A DNA stretch of 64,000 bases, taken from assembly GCF_009914755.1 (NCBI RefSeq), contig NC_060931.1, one strand, 5' to 3'. Of the stretch, positions 22,040-38,149 are shown piece by piece. How positions within the stretch are numbered: position 1 is the first letter of the stretch; every line of letters begins with the position of its first letter. A model generated the notes under the pieces. The model ran no database searches. It was not told where the DNA came from and worked only from the letters and a program-made list of their open reading frames with translations. The translations under genes were made by a program, and so were the position numbers. This DNA is from the human T2T-CHM13v2.0 reference genome, Homo sapiens.

Positions 22040-22942
22040 GCCAAAGGCAGTGATTTAAATTGGAATTCCTGCCTGGGATGAGTAGGGCTAAGAGGTTTGA
22101 TTACATATAGTTTCCCCATCTGTACTCTGGCCTCCAGCAGTTTGTTCTTTATGCAGCAGCGAAGAGTGATCATAAATAAGCTTATCTCACTCTCCAGTTT
22201 GAAAGCTACTAAACGTCTTTCATAGCAATTAGAATAAAATTCAAACTCTTCGGCATGGCCTACACACAAGGCCCTAAATAATGTAAATGATTGGACTCGC
22301 TCCCAGTTCTCCTGTCACTCTCCTCAATCACCATGCCCCAGCCTCAGTGGCCTTCCTTGGCACACCCACAGCTCATTCCTACCTCAAGGCCTTTGACTTG
22401 CCATTGCTCATGAGACCGATTGCTTACCATCACTCAGGATCTCATTCAAAACTTCATTCCTGGAAAAGGTCCTTCCCGACCATCAAGCTAGAGGAGCTTG
22501 CTGCACCCCTTCTCTGCCCACAGCTATGGATCTCCAAGTGTGGGCTTCAGACCAGAAGCGTCAGTGTTGCCTGCAAGCATTTCATTTTGTGTTGTGTTTT
22601 CTCTGGAAATGCAGAGTCTTAGGCCCCACCACAGACCCACTGAAGGAACAGCTACATTTTAACCAGACCCCAGAGTGATTGTGCTTTAAAAATTTCAGAA
22701 GCACTGATCTAGAGTTTCCCCTTCTAATTTTCCTGTGTATCTGTTACAAGGTGTGTCCATTGCTGCAGGTAATCTGGCATTTGTTTACCTGTTTATTATT
22801 TCTCTTCCCTAAATAGAATTTAAGGTCCACAAGGGCAGCACCTCGTCTGGCTCGTTCACTTCTGGATCCCCGGCACGTAGCGTCAGTGCACACAGTACAT
22901 GCTCAATAAGTATTTAGATGAGTGAAAGAATAAATGAATATA
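22040..22942 (+). mobile_element. L2 3' end, interrupted by MER5A at ~22520-22710
   Basis: Classic L2 terminus cacagtacatgctcaataagtatttagatgagtgaaagaataaatgaat; MER5A motif ggaaatgcagagtcttaggccccaccacagaccc. Confidence 0.75.
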
Positions 22943-23837
22943 ATGGAAATTATTTTATGTTCTTTGAAATGTATAACTGAAGGCTGGGTGTCATAGCTCA
23001 GCCTGTAATCCCAGCACTTTGGGAGGCCAAGGTGGGAGGATTGCTTGAGTCCAGTACTTCAAGACCAGCCTTGGCACATGGCAAAGCTGCAACTCTATAA
23101 AAAAATACCAAAAAAAAAATATATATATATAGCTGGGTGTGGTAGTCTCAGCTACTTCGGGAGGCTGAGGCAGGAGAATCACTTGAACCTCGGAGGTCAA
23201 GGCTGCAGTGAGTCATGATTGCAACTGCACTGTAGCCTGGGCAACAGAGGAACATCCTGTCTCAAAAAAACAAAACAAAACAAAACAAACAAAAAGGATT
23301 GCATAATTCTACAATAAAAATCTTCATGGCTTTCACTTGTTTGTAAAATCGGGGTGATTTTTCTCTCCCAACATCATCGTTATACAGGGGTTTCATTCTA
23401 TATCTTGGGCATCAAGTGCTATTAAACTATTGTGGCCTGTGAAGAATTACTTATTTATCCTTGCTTTGGGGCAGTTTGTCTTCAGAACCAAAGTTTAGAT
23501 TTTGTTTAGACTGATTCTCTACTGACTTAACACCATAACTGGTTTTTTTTTTTTTTTTTAGTATTTAAGAAGCACTCTCGTTCAATCCAGAGTTAACATT
23601 ATCTTTAAAGGTTTTTTATTCAAAATGAATGTTTGATATTTGTATCAAGTTTTATCAAATAAGTTAACAATTTAAAAAAAATCAGGTTTTAAAAATGTTA
23701 AGTCAAATGCAAGATTTAAAGTTAAATTGCAAATAAAAACTGATAGGGCATATAATGTATCCAGTTTTTTACATCTGAGATAGGATTCCAGGAAAGACCT
23801 ATAGTTTCTGATATTATCCTGCATTTTTTTTTTTTGA

Positions 23838-24053
<216 letters not shown>

Positions 24054-24231
24054 TGATCTGCTCGCCTCGGCCTCCCAAGGTGGTGGGATTATAGGTGTGA
24101 TCCACGGGCCCGGCCCTACATTTAAAAAATACATTCCCAGTATATTTCTTAATGCATATCCTGGTGAAATTTGTGAAGAAACAACTTTTCAATCTATATT
24201 CTTTGAGTGAATAAATAGCACAACTTACATT

Positions 24232-24440
24232 CTATGGTTTTCAACTGGGGGCAGTCGTGTCCCAGCGGATGTTTGGCAATGGCTGTGACTGCATTTTTGG
24301 TAGTCACACCTGGGATGGAGGAGTACTGGCAGCATCTAGTTGGGGGAGCTCTGGGGTACTGTTAGTTATGTAATGCACAGAACACCCCACAGCACAAAGA
24401 ATTATCTAGCCCAAAATGTCAGTAGTCCACTGTTAAGAGA
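24232..24440. mobile_element. MER20 DNA transposon
   Basis: tggttttcaactgggggcag...tttggcaatg...acaaagaattatctagcccaaaatgtcagtagt matches the MER20 consensus as recalled. Confidence 0.8.
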
Positions 24441-24798
24441 CAGTGGACAACTGTCTCCTTCTGCATAGAGAAGTCTCCTTCTGCAAATACTAATGCCATT
24501 GGAAAACGAATACTTTGCCCTACCTTCTGGAGAAGAGAATATATAGAAATTGGCAACTGAGAGATTCAGATGGGTATACTGGCACCTTTAGATATGTTCA
24601 TTTTAGATGATTATTTCTAATCAGAAATCTAGTGACTGGCCTCCCTCTCTTTGGGGCAAATCACTCTCTCAACACAGGACATTTAAGACATTTCACAACT
24701 TAGTTGATTTTAGAATTGGATAACGTTCTCAAATAATGATACATTTTTTAAAATAGGGAAATTCAAATATAGGGTTACTGGTTTTCCTTATTTTACAG

Positions 24799-24908
24799 AT
24801 GGGGTCGAGGATTTGGTCTTTTGGGTTCCATTTTTGGAAAGGATGGTGTATTAAACCAGCCAAACAGTGTCTTTGGACTTATATTTTATATACTACAGTT
24901 ATTACTTG
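24799..24908 (+). CDS. VKORC1L1: VKORC1L1 exon 2 (110 nt), vitamin K epoxide reductase complex subunit 1-like 1
   Basis: ttttacag|A TGG GGT CGA... = (R)[36 protein letters not shown](G); donor G|gtaagt; exon 1 lies upstream of the window. Confidence 0.97.
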
Positions 24909-25500
24909 GTAAGTATTTATCAATACAAAAATAAGTTTGTTATATTCCGTTTAGTACTTTGTGTCTTTGCCCTGAAGTGTCTTGATGTTAAAGCATGTGT
25001 TATTTATAGAACCACTAGCGTGTACAACATTTTTGTGTTATGAAAACTTGATTCACTGAGATTTTTATTATATTATTGTTGAATTTATGTCAATTGCTGT
25101 TTAATCATGGAGAGCAGTATCTCATGATGTCCAGAAAAACCAGTCCCATTCCAGGAAATTATCACTCCCATCTTCCCTGTTAACGTTTTTCCTTATTTTA
25201 TAGACTCAGTGGCCTTGAAAAATATCATATATTAAGGGGACATTAACAAGAAACCATATTCATAATCCCATTACCTTTACATATCCACTATTTCCACAGT
25301 CTTCTGCTTTTAAAAATAATTTTTGGGCTGGGTGCGGTGGTGCACACCTGTAATCCCAGCACTTAGGGAGGCCAAGATAGGCAGATCATCTGAGGTTGGG
25401 AGTTCGAGACCAGCCTGGCCAACATAAAGAAACCCTGTCTCTACTAAAAATACAAAATTAGCTGGGCGAGGTGGTGCATGCCTGTAATCCCAGCTACTCA

Positions 25501-25605
<105 letters not shown>

Positions 25606-25709
25606 TCACAAAAAAGAAATAAATAATAATAATAATAATAACTTGGGGCCAGGTGCAGTGGCTCACACCTGTAATCCTAGGACTTTGGGAGGCCGAGAAG
25701 GGCAGATTA

Positions 25710-25916
<207 letters not shown>

Positions 25917-27484
25917 CTAATAATTTAATGTGAACTGTGTTTCAACATAGTGTCGTTTATCCTAAGTGTTATTGTTAACATCTAGGTTTCACTCCTTTTA
26001 CTTCCAAATAATGCTGCAGTGATCAACTTTGTTTAAAGACCTCCTGCTCCTTCCTTCCTTTGAATTATCTCCACAAAATAAATTTCCAAGCATAGTATCA
26101 AAAAACACAGATATTTTCAATTTTAATCAGTGTTACCAATTTGCTTTTCCCTCAGTTCTTTGGTTTCCCTGAAGCTCCAGCGGTCTTTATTTTTAAGACA
26201 TGCTTTGTAAAATTTCTTTTTTTTTTAATTGTAACGATAATCTTCACCTGGAAAAATTGCTAATAGTTACACATTAGTACCTATTACTTTAATTTTTACT
26301 CTTTTTAATTTCCTTTTATTGCCCATTTAGCATTTAGTTATTGGATCCCGATACTAGTACATTTTTATATGTGTTACAAACATTTTATGCATTCTTTATC
26401 CTTTTTTGTTAGTGTTATGAATTTGTATTGTATTAAGTTTTTATACTTTTAGAGTTAAATCCATCTGTTGATGCCTTTGCATTTTATTTTTCTTCTTTTT
26501 TGTAGATCTTGTTGCATACCAATGCTTTTGTATTTTAATTGTTAATATTCCATTACCTGTCAGCTGTTCTGATTTGGTTCATTAAAAATACATGTAACTC
26601 TTCTATCTGAAATTGATTTGTTATGAGGCAAATTATAAATCTAAATCATCCTCAGTAGTTCTGTCGAGTTTGCCCAGTTCCATATCTATGTATTTATCTT
26701 GCAGAAGTAGAAAGATGTGTGCACAAGGATATTCATAGCAGTACAGTGTAAAATAGCAAAAAAAAAATGGAGGTAGGTTACAAATAGGTAATGGTTGAAT
26801 AAATTAGAAAATACTATGAAATACTATGTAGCCATTAAAGGAAAAAGGAGATCTATGTTTATATCCTAGAAAGATAAAGACACTATTTAGTGAAAAAAGC
26901 AAATTTTGGTATAATAGGTATAGGATAAACGTGTTTGTATACATGCATGTAAATGCATAGAAAAGGGTCGGGTGGTTGGGGAGGAGGGAGAAATTTCACT
27001 AGGTATTCTGCATGTTTCCATTTTGCTGGATTTCTAGAGAAGAATATGAAGTATAAGCCCAGATGCAAGATGTTTTCCTTTAAAGGCAAAGAACCTAAGA
27101 ACAGCCTTTGACTAGATTAACTCTTGAAGATAGAGGTGTGACAGCCAAATTTTTGTTTTACCATTAATTTAATGCCATGGTATATACATATTTTAAATCA
27201 TATTTATCACATGTGTTTTTTCATTCGCATTTTTTGACTCGCATTTAGATGCTTCACGTGCCTTTTAATGTTGGTGTCTTCATGGGAGGCACATTTGAAC
27301 TAACCTAGCAGTTTCCAGAGCACAGCATCTGTACTCCCTTCTAACCTGTTTGAGACACAGCATTTTTAATTTAATTTTTTCATAGGTAATCCATTCACGT
27401 GGTTCAAAAGTTTTTAAAAAGGACCGGGCACAGTGGCTCATGCCAATAATTCCAGCATTTTGGGAGGCCAAGATGGGTGGATCA

Positions 27485-27755
<271 letters not shown>

Positions 27756-28354
27756 CTATCCCACCCCTTCCCTTTATGCCTGGTTTCCAGTGCTCCTCAG
27801 CCCCGACTGGTAGCTTGTTATTGTCTCTTTATGCATATACGAGAAAGTACAAATACACAATCTTAATTTTCCTCCTTTTTAAAATATAAAAGGCAGATGC
27901 TATACCCACTGTTCTGCAGCTTGCATTTTCTTTTTTTGCCTGATGAATATATCATGGTGATTTTTCCATATCAGTATATTAAATGTCTTCATTCTTTTCT
28001 ACAGCTGCAGAATAATCCATTGCATAATTGTACCATCATTTATTTAGAGTTACAGCACATTTTAAATTCCACTGGGAATTTGACCCTGAGCCAAACGTAC
28101 CTAGCTGCATTACAGTAGCATTTAATGGATATCTGGTATTTATACACTATTCTAAGTGCTTTAATCCTGCATTATCTCAGCTCATTTAATTGCCCAGCAG
28201 TCTTAAGAAGTAGGCATGATTGTTATCCCAATTTTACAGTTGAGAAAAGAAAGGCATAGAGGAAGAAATAAGTTGCCCGTATCATTCTGAAGTTAACTTT
28301 CTTAGGTAAAATTGTGACCACATTAATTTCGAAATGTTAGTTGTTTAGCATAGG

Positions 28355-28554
28355 TGAAGTCAGCAAACTTTTTCAGTAAAGGGCCTGGCAGAAAATAGGC
28401 TTTGCCAGTTGCCGCAGCCACTCAACTCTTCTAGTATGAAAGCAGTCACAGACATTACGTAATGAATGACATTACATAAATGAATGAGCATGGCTGGGTG
28501 CCAATAAAACTTTATTTACAAAAGCAGGTAGCTGGCCAGATTTGCTAGTCCCTG
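28355..28554. mobile_element. MER58A-like DNA transposon remnant
   Basis: cagcaaactttttcagtaaagggcc ... ccaataaaactttatttacaaaagcagg. Confidence 0.75.
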
Positions 28555-30199
28555 CAACAAGTAATTCAGCAGCACCTTAGTCTTGAAGTGCCCTATGAAA
28601 GCATCTAGGCCCGTGGCTGTGCGGCAGCCGGCCCACAGGCGTCTTCTTGTTGCATTTTTTTTTTTGCCAACAGGGCCCAGGATTTCAGCTCTTTAACTGA
28701 CTTCTTTATACCTGCTCCCACCTGTTATTTTGTTCCTGTTTCTGTTATCCTTATCCATGAGTCATTGGGTAGGAGGGTAGTTTAACATGCTCTGCCTTCT
28801 CTGTCCTTGAAAATAAATGCACATATTCTCTATACTGTTGCCTATAAGAAATTAAAAACAATACATGTGAAGATAGAGTCCAGAATTCAGGTGCCTTTTT
28901 TTTTCCTTTTTTTTTTTTTTTTTTTTTTGAGACAGAGTTAAGACTCTGTCGCCCAGGCTGGAGTCCACTGGTGCAATCTTATCTCACTGCAACCTCCGCC
29001 TCCTGGGTTCAAGTAATTCTCGTGCCTCAGCCTCCCTTGTAGCTGGGGTTGCAAGCGTGCAATACCATGCCCAGCTAATTTTTTTTTTCTCTTGTACTTT
29101 TTAGTAGAGAGGGGCTTTCACCATGTTGGCCAGGCTGGTCTCAAATTCCTGACCTCAAATGATCTGCCTGCCTTAGCCTCCCAAAGTCCTAGCATTACAG
29201 GCATGAGCCACTGTGCGTGGCTTCAGGTGCCTTTTTGTATTGAGAGCCTGGATTTAGCACACATGTCCACCATTTTTCTTGATCAGGTTTGACCCACATG
29301 CAGCCAACGGGCAAAATGTGGTTTCCCTTATCCACCAGGGTGAGCCCTTCCTGAAATGTTTATCAAGAGTTTCTTTTTCTCTCTTCAGCAGCTTGTTGGT
29401 GTAGTCACCTCTCATTGTGGATTTTTAATCAATTTGATCTAAACATGGAAAAGCAAATTTTACTTTCCACAGATGGGCAGGATGTAGTGAAAGTCCAGAG
29501 AAGGTTCTCACCAAATGTGTGCAGCTCGGAAGAAAAAGGTTGTGGTCCTCATGTCCCGTTATTCATTTGGTGTCTTGGGGCTGTTGATGTTACAAGTCAG
29601 CTTCATTGCTTAATGTGATTGTGAGATTGCATGTTTTCTTTGTGTGCATATTTTCAACTAGGCTAGTTTGTGAAATTAGTAATGTTTTACCTGAAAGATT
29701 GAGAAATCAAAAACATCACAGCTATAAAACTGGCATTTGGCTGGGTATGGTGGCTTATGCCTGTAATCCCGGCACTTTGGGAGGCTGAGGCAGGAGGATC
29801 ACCTGAGGTTAGGAGTTGGAGACCAGCCTGGCCAACAAAAAATCAGCCAGGCGTGGTGGCACGTGCCTGTAATCCTGGCTACTTGGGAGGCTGAGGCAGG
29901 AGAATTGCTTAAACTCAGGAGGTAGAGGTTGCATGAGTTGAGATTGTGCCACTGCACTCCAGCCTGGGCGGTAGAGTGAGACTCCATCTCAAAAACCCCA
30001 AAACCTGGCATTATCAACTGCAGAGTCAACCTGTATAATTTTAACAAAACAGAGCAGTATTTCTGTTCTCAATTTTCAGAGTTGGCAGGAAGATCAGTAT
30101 TCAAACACTGCAGCAAGTCACACAGTGTTATTCCTTGTCACTCAGAAAGCCTCTCTCCAGCACCAAGGCCTGACTGAGCCTGCGTCTCTTCTCTTACAG

Positions 30200-30426
30200 G
30201 CATGACAGCAAGCGCTGTGGCGGCTTTGATCCTCATGACGTCCTCCATCATGTCGGTCGTGGGGTCCCTGTACCTGGCCTACATTCTGTACTTTGTGCTG
30301 AAGGAGTTCTGCATCATCTGCATCGTCACGTACGTGCTGAACTTCCTTCTTCTCATTATCAACTACAAACGACTAGTTTACTTGAACGAGGCCTGGAAGC
30401 GGCAGCTGCAACCCAAGCAGGACTGA
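30200..30426 (+). CDS. VKORC1L1: VKORC1L1 exon 3 coding part
   Basis: ctcttacag|GC ATG ACA, phase-compatible with exon 2; [15 protein letters not shown]...[14 protein letters not shown]...QLQPKQD*; VKOR active-site CXXC (CIIC) at 30310-30321. Confidence 0.97.
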
Positions 30427-30494
30427 CGCCCGACAGACTCCACCCTAACAGTCTCAAGCCCCTTTCCATTCAGTTTATTTTGCAGCAGGTTTTT

Positions 30495-30518
30495 ATTATT
30501 ATTATTATTATTATTATT
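30495..30518 (+). repeat. (ATT)8 microsatellite
   Basis: Direct reading. Confidence 0.95.
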
Positions 30519-33164
30519 CACAACAGACACTTTCCCTAAGAATCTCAAACTGATTTTTAAAAATCCGGTAAATTAGAAGGGGCCCTCGCTATTTTCTGTG
30601 TCAGTCTTCATTTTAAATATGGATACAAAAAGGATACGCCGAGCCAATCAAAGACAAGCTTTAACTTTACTTTGAAGTGTTTCTGAAATGATAAAATGTA
30701 GCCCTAGCCCCCTGCCCTCAATTGTAAAGTGAGCAACCATTGCTAGTAATTCTTTAATGTGTATAAATTCAATTTCAGGTATAACAAATGTGATCATGAC
30801 ATGAAAATATTCTAGAATAGATACTGTATTAAATATTGCCATGTTTACAATATGTAATATGTTTTTAGCCGATGGATTTAAACATGTAGATTCAACTAGA
30901 ATCCATTTGTGATATTTGTAAATAAAGGTAGAAATATTAGATCCATTTCTGCAGAACTTACTGTACAGTTTAGTTGGAGTGTAGCACTGAAGAACTGTCA
31001 GCTCAGCGTTGACTGAGGAGATAGTGAAAATAGCCTATACACAGCATCTTGTGAAAAGTACTGGCAGCCGTGGTTGCAGCAAATAATAGGGCAAAAAAAA
31101 TAATAATAGGGTGGTCGGTTCCCTTTCATCTCCCTCTTCTGAAAGGAAAAAATTGAATTGGAACGTTCAAGTCCAGTTTGTGTTCAGTCATAAAACTGGG
31201 CCAGTTGTTAACCTTACAGAATGAGTCATGTGGCCAGACCTTCAAGTCCAAGGCCTTCAGACACTAAGGATGGGAAAATGGGTATTTTTCTTTGGAGAAA
31301 AGCTGGAAATATAAACATGGCATTTTCAGGTAAAGTTTCTTCCACTAGTTGAATTTTCATGCAGATATTTTTCCTTAACGTTGGTGCCAGTCAAGCAAAG
31401 AGTATTATGATGGAAAAGACCAGTCCAAGCCCCATCGCTCCGGAGTGGGAGCCAGTGTTCTTGCTAATTGTTTCTTTCTGCACTAACCACTCAGATGTCT
31501 AATTTAATTGTTTTGCAGTCAAATACTGGATTTGTAACCTTCAGGGCTGACATGCTGCCCAGTTTGCTTCATCGGGAGAATAGCAACAGGTAGACACATC
31601 TCAAGGCTAAATCTGCTCATGTCGCCACTGCTCTCATAATGACACACATGCAGTAAGAAGACTTTTGTAAGGGGATTTGAGTACACCCAAATGAAATTGT
31701 GACAGGATGTTTGTATGGTTAACATCTGATATCAGAATGTTAAAAGTGCCTTCTGTCTTAAATCTCAAACCAAATATTTTGTGTGTTGACCTTGGGCAGA
31801 AGAAGTGTCCTTCCCTCCTTTCTTCACCGTCAGGTAGAAAACCTGCACTCTGCAGAAGGGTCCTGTGTGATCACTTAATCCTCTGGTTGAGAAGCAGCAG
31901 TAATGTTTTTGCTTCCAACCTGATTAATCATTTTATGTTGAAAATAGTCAATGAGACCAGTATCTCTTGAGTGCTTTATTTGCCTTCTCTTTGAAGGGAG
32001 GGGACGGGCTCTGCTCTGTAAACTCAAATGTGTAGAGTCAGCAACAATTCCGTAGCTTCCAACTGACTCAGAATTGATGCAACGTAGGTCTTCTGGCCCG
32101 AGGCAGGTATCAAGTCCAAATCATAATGAACTTTTCACCAGTTTCAACCAGTTTCTTAAAAGAGAGCTTAAGTCAAGATTTCATCAAGACTTGTGTTTTC
32201 CCATGAATGTGAATCTTTCAATGGCTGTTGGAGTATGTATGTACTGTTCTTGCATTCTGAAGTAGTTAAAGAACTCTAGAAAGTACTGATTGGCCATCTG
32301 GTGTCTATGGAGAAAGAAGTCCTCACGTTTGAGGGCTGTACAGTGAGGCCATCTTGTAGCAGCGCATCCAGCTCTACCAAGGCAGTCCTCTGGTTCTTTT
32401 TTCTAAGCTACAGTGGAAATGGCCTAATGGTTAAAACTGTGGTATACATGACATCGGTTGTGCTAAACAAGTTCCTCGTGTCCCAATATCCAATGGTTTT
32501 TCATCCTATTTTGTATCAATCAACAGAGTATAGTTAAAGCTTGTCTTGATGTTGCATTCTTGCAAATGTCTTCAACTCTTACCTGAGAAAACATGGCAAA
32601 ATGGTCAGCCAGACCCTTCCAGTTTTTCCTTTGCTTTTCTAAGCCTCGGGGAAACCACTGTTTCAGTTGTATAAAAACTTTTGCCACATTCCTATGGCCC
32701 AGTCGAATTAATACCCTTTTTCTCACTGAGAGAGGAACACGTACTGCCTGTCATAACAGCATTGTAATGCCAGTGTCTCAGTAACAGAATCCTGGTGGGT
32801 GTTAATTGGGTGTTTTTTGCCCTGGAGAATTCAGATTCCTTTCTATACCTCCGATTCTGCCCAGAAGAGGGGGGGAATCACCAGTGTTACAAAATTAGAA
32901 GATTGTTTTGCCTGTTTTAGACTGAATATTTGAACACTGCAGCATTACTAGCCACCAGTGTTAAAGGACAGATGAGGGGAAACATTTGTTTTTAGCAGTA
33001 ATTCCATGCCTCATCTTTTTTAAGTGATTTGTTCCAAATGAAGCCATTTATTGACTTGATGTTCACAAATATCATTTGAAGAAATAACAGGAATTGGGGT
33101 TAGATGATAAATTCTAGGGAATCTAGGTGATTTGGAGGATTTCATTTGTTTTGCATTACAGCTA

Positions 33165-34018
<854 letters not shown>

Positions 34019-35322
34019 CTATTTGCAAAAGTACAGAGTTATCTTCAGCAATTACTTCACAACTTAGATTGGTACCAAGAGTGACAGGAGATCTTGTCTT
34101 GGAAGATCATTATTAGATGCCAACAAGGAGACCCACTGTGATTTCTGGTAACCTATTTGGGGAAAAAGACCTAATGACCTAATATGCAATTTCTGTCCTC
34201 GTGTCTTTTTCTCTAACACACAGTCATGGGTGAAACATTTCAGACACCTCAGGCAGCACTTATGGTTTCTAATTGTGAGAACTACCCTTCCATCAAACAA
34301 AAAGGGCAAGGGTGGGAGCCCCGGCTACTTGGTTAAACATTTTTTACTACAAATTCGCCCAGAAAAGGTGAAATATTTTGTTATAAAACTGTATTAAGCA
34401 TGGCCTAAGTATTTATTAGGTATATGATCTGTGTAGTATGTTCCATCAGAAATATTTCTTACTAGTGCTTTAAGCTCCAGAGTAAACAGTCATTTAAAAT
34501 GGAGTTCACTGGGCAGGTTTCCCCTTTAATCTAGATAGAAATACTCTTTATCAGAGATTTAAGGCACTGTTTTGCTAACTGGTAAATAAAACCAAATGTA
34601 AATATGTAAGAATGTTTATTTGTTGCACATAACTTTTTTGGTATAAAATAAATGTAGAAGTTACCTGTGGAAGTTGTGCTCCCATTATTCTTAAACTGCA
34701 GGGTTGCATTCCAAAAGAACTGAAATGAAGTCTTTTTAGACTCAGTAGGAGCCTTATATTCTTGAAGTCAATACTGTAACCTCATTTCTAAGGTATACAG
34801 GGTTGATTCTTTTTCTCTTAAATCATATGTAACTTGCAGAAGATTCAGAGTCCTCAGACCTCTAGTTCTTGGAATTCCTGTAGGTTTACGGTGTATGTGA
34901 TTGTCAAGAATTAATGACAAAAATGTGTCACTGCCTACAGTTCTGTGAACACTCAGAATGTATTAATGAGCTGTTTTTCCATAGTTTTACTTTAGCTTAC
35001 CTTGAATACTCCCTGTATAATCCTCTAAAAAGGTAGCATCGGCAAGAAAGATGAATCCGTTGGAAATACAGCTGAGCCATACTTCACGGAATAGAACAAG
35101 TGTGTTCTGTGCTGGAGCTCAAGACCTGTGGAAAGGGACTGCCCCCACTGGGTGCAATGGCTCATGCCTGTAATCCCAGCACTTTGGGAGGTAGAGGCGG
35201 GTGGATCACTTGAGGTCAGGAGTTCAAGACCAGCCTGGCCAACATGGTGAAACCTGCCTCTACTGAAAAATACAGAAAAATTAGCCAGGATTGTGGTGTG
35301 CGCCTGTAATCCCAGCTATTCA

Positions 35323-35478
<156 letters not shown>

Positions 35479-35661
35479 CTATTACATTTAACTTTTCTTA
35501 ATGTTTGTCAACTAAAAGTTTTATTCATTATACTTTGACATACTGGAACACAAAACTTGATTCCTTTGAAAAACTAAAGAGAAGTTGATAAAAAAAATAC
35601 AGAAGCTCTAGATTCCTAATTGGAACTGACTACACTCATTTTTAAAAAATGGACGATGCCT

Positions 35662-35667
35662 AATAAA
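35662..35667 (+). terminator. VKORC1L1: Distal VKORC1L1 polyadenylation signal
   Basis: AATAAA followed ~20 nt later by ttttattctttctttc. Confidence 0.7.
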
Positions 35668-35783
35668 ACCACATGAAATTAACTTTATTCTTTCTTTCAT
35701 GGAGCTTGCACAGGAAAGCTAAAAAGGAGGGTCTGTGTGGAGACACGGGGCTCAACCACAAGAGAGGGGAAAATCAAGTTCTA

Positions 35784-36170
<387 letters not shown>

Positions 36171-36835
36171 TCAAATCAGAATTGATGCACCATCCTTGCC
36201 TTACTGGAGCCCAGGAAGAGAGGGAGGACAGATTCCTTAAGGAAAGACTGTGCTCTGGGAGGGGGCAGGTAGCGTCATTTTGGGGTGTAAAGGCATGGAA
36301 TGCTGATTTGTAGGCAAAGTTGTTTAAGGAGGTCCTGTCACATTCAGTGGCATCCGTTATGATAAAGCCAATAGGCTTTTACACTCATCTGTCCATTTCT
36401 GTCAAGACCCTATGGCTGAGGTCAAAACAATGTTCTGGGAGAACCAGTTACCTCTAACCTTCCAATTCAGACACTGCCAGCTTAACTATGTAGAAACTGG
36501 CACACAGACCCTGTTAAGTGCTGCAACAATGACAGCGTTTCTATGAATTTGTTGGTACATGTGGGACTTTAGCTCATCTGAGGAGTCGAACAGCAGCTGT
36601 GAAAGTCTTCTACTCACTCCCTGTCGAGGCTGGCCTGGTTTGCTACACAAACACGGTGGCCCTAGGACCATGGGGCTATTCCTGCAGACGCCCTCGGGAA
36701 CCAGCTGCTCTGAACGTGGTGGGGGTGTTGGAGCAGCAGTTTCTCAAAAGTCCACACACAGTTAAAGCTCTGAAAACAGCACGACGCACAGAAATGATTT
36801 CAGATGCTTTTCAGTAGCCACTTTCATGCCAACTC

Positions 36836-36864
36836 TTTATTTCCATAATAGAAAATCTTTTATT
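36836..36864 (-). terminator. GUSB: GUSB polyadenylation signals (two AATAAA); cleavage near 36812
   Basis: tttatt on + at 36836-36841 and 36859-36864, ~160-185 nt beyond the GUSB stop. Confidence 0.85.
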
Positions 36865-37020
36865 TCCACCTTTAGTGTTCCCTGCTAGAATAGATGACCA
36901 CAAAACCCAGGCCAGAAACGTTCTGGTCTGCCGTGAACAGTCCAGGAGGCACTTGTTCTGCTGCTGTGGAAGTCGCCCTGACTCGGGGAGGAAGGGACAC
37001 GCAGGTGGTATCAGTCTTGC

Positions 37021-37218
<198 letters not shown>

Positions 37219-37924
37219 TCAGATGTCTTCTGATGGGTCAAGTTAGAACCAGTCTGGAGCTAAGGTAGGCACTAAATAGAAATGTCTTTTTTTTTCTTTT
37301 TTCTCCCTGTTGCCCAGGCTGGAATGCGGTGACACAATCATAGCTCACTGCAGCCTCAACCTCCTGGGCTCAGGCAATCCTCCTGCCTCAGCCTCTCCAG
37401 CACCACCATGCCCGGTAATCTTTTATTTTTATTTTTTAGTAAAGACAAGGTCTCATTATGTTGTCCAGGCTGGTCTCAAACTACTGGGCTCAAGCAATCT
37501 GCCCTCCTTAGCCTCCCTAAAGTGCTGGGATTATAAGCACAAGCCACCATGCTCAGCCAAATGTCCTCTTACAGTTTCAGGATGCTTGCTCTGAAGTGAC
37601 AATTTATGGGTTGAAATATTTAAATACCACTGCTCTGCCCAAACACCCAGGTTCCCTGGTGTGTTAATTTCTAGTTTTCTAGTCTGTTAGGGGAAAAAAA
37701 CCCAAAACAGTGGCCAGGTGTGGTGGCCAACGCCTGTAATCCCAGTGCTTTGGGAGGCTGAGGCAGGTGGATCACCTGAGGTCAGGAGTTCAAGATCAGC
37801 CTGGCCAACATGAGGAAACCCGCCTCTATTAAAAATACAAAAACTGGCTGGGCACATTGGCTCATGCCTGTAATCCCAGCACTCTGGGAGGACAAAGCAG
37901 GCGGATCACAAGGTCAGGAGATTA

Positions 37925-38149
<225 letters not shown>

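Noticed and set aside
32858-32876. CTCF-like cccagaagagggggg
   Set aside because: Only a partial match to the core motif; unsupported without ChIP data
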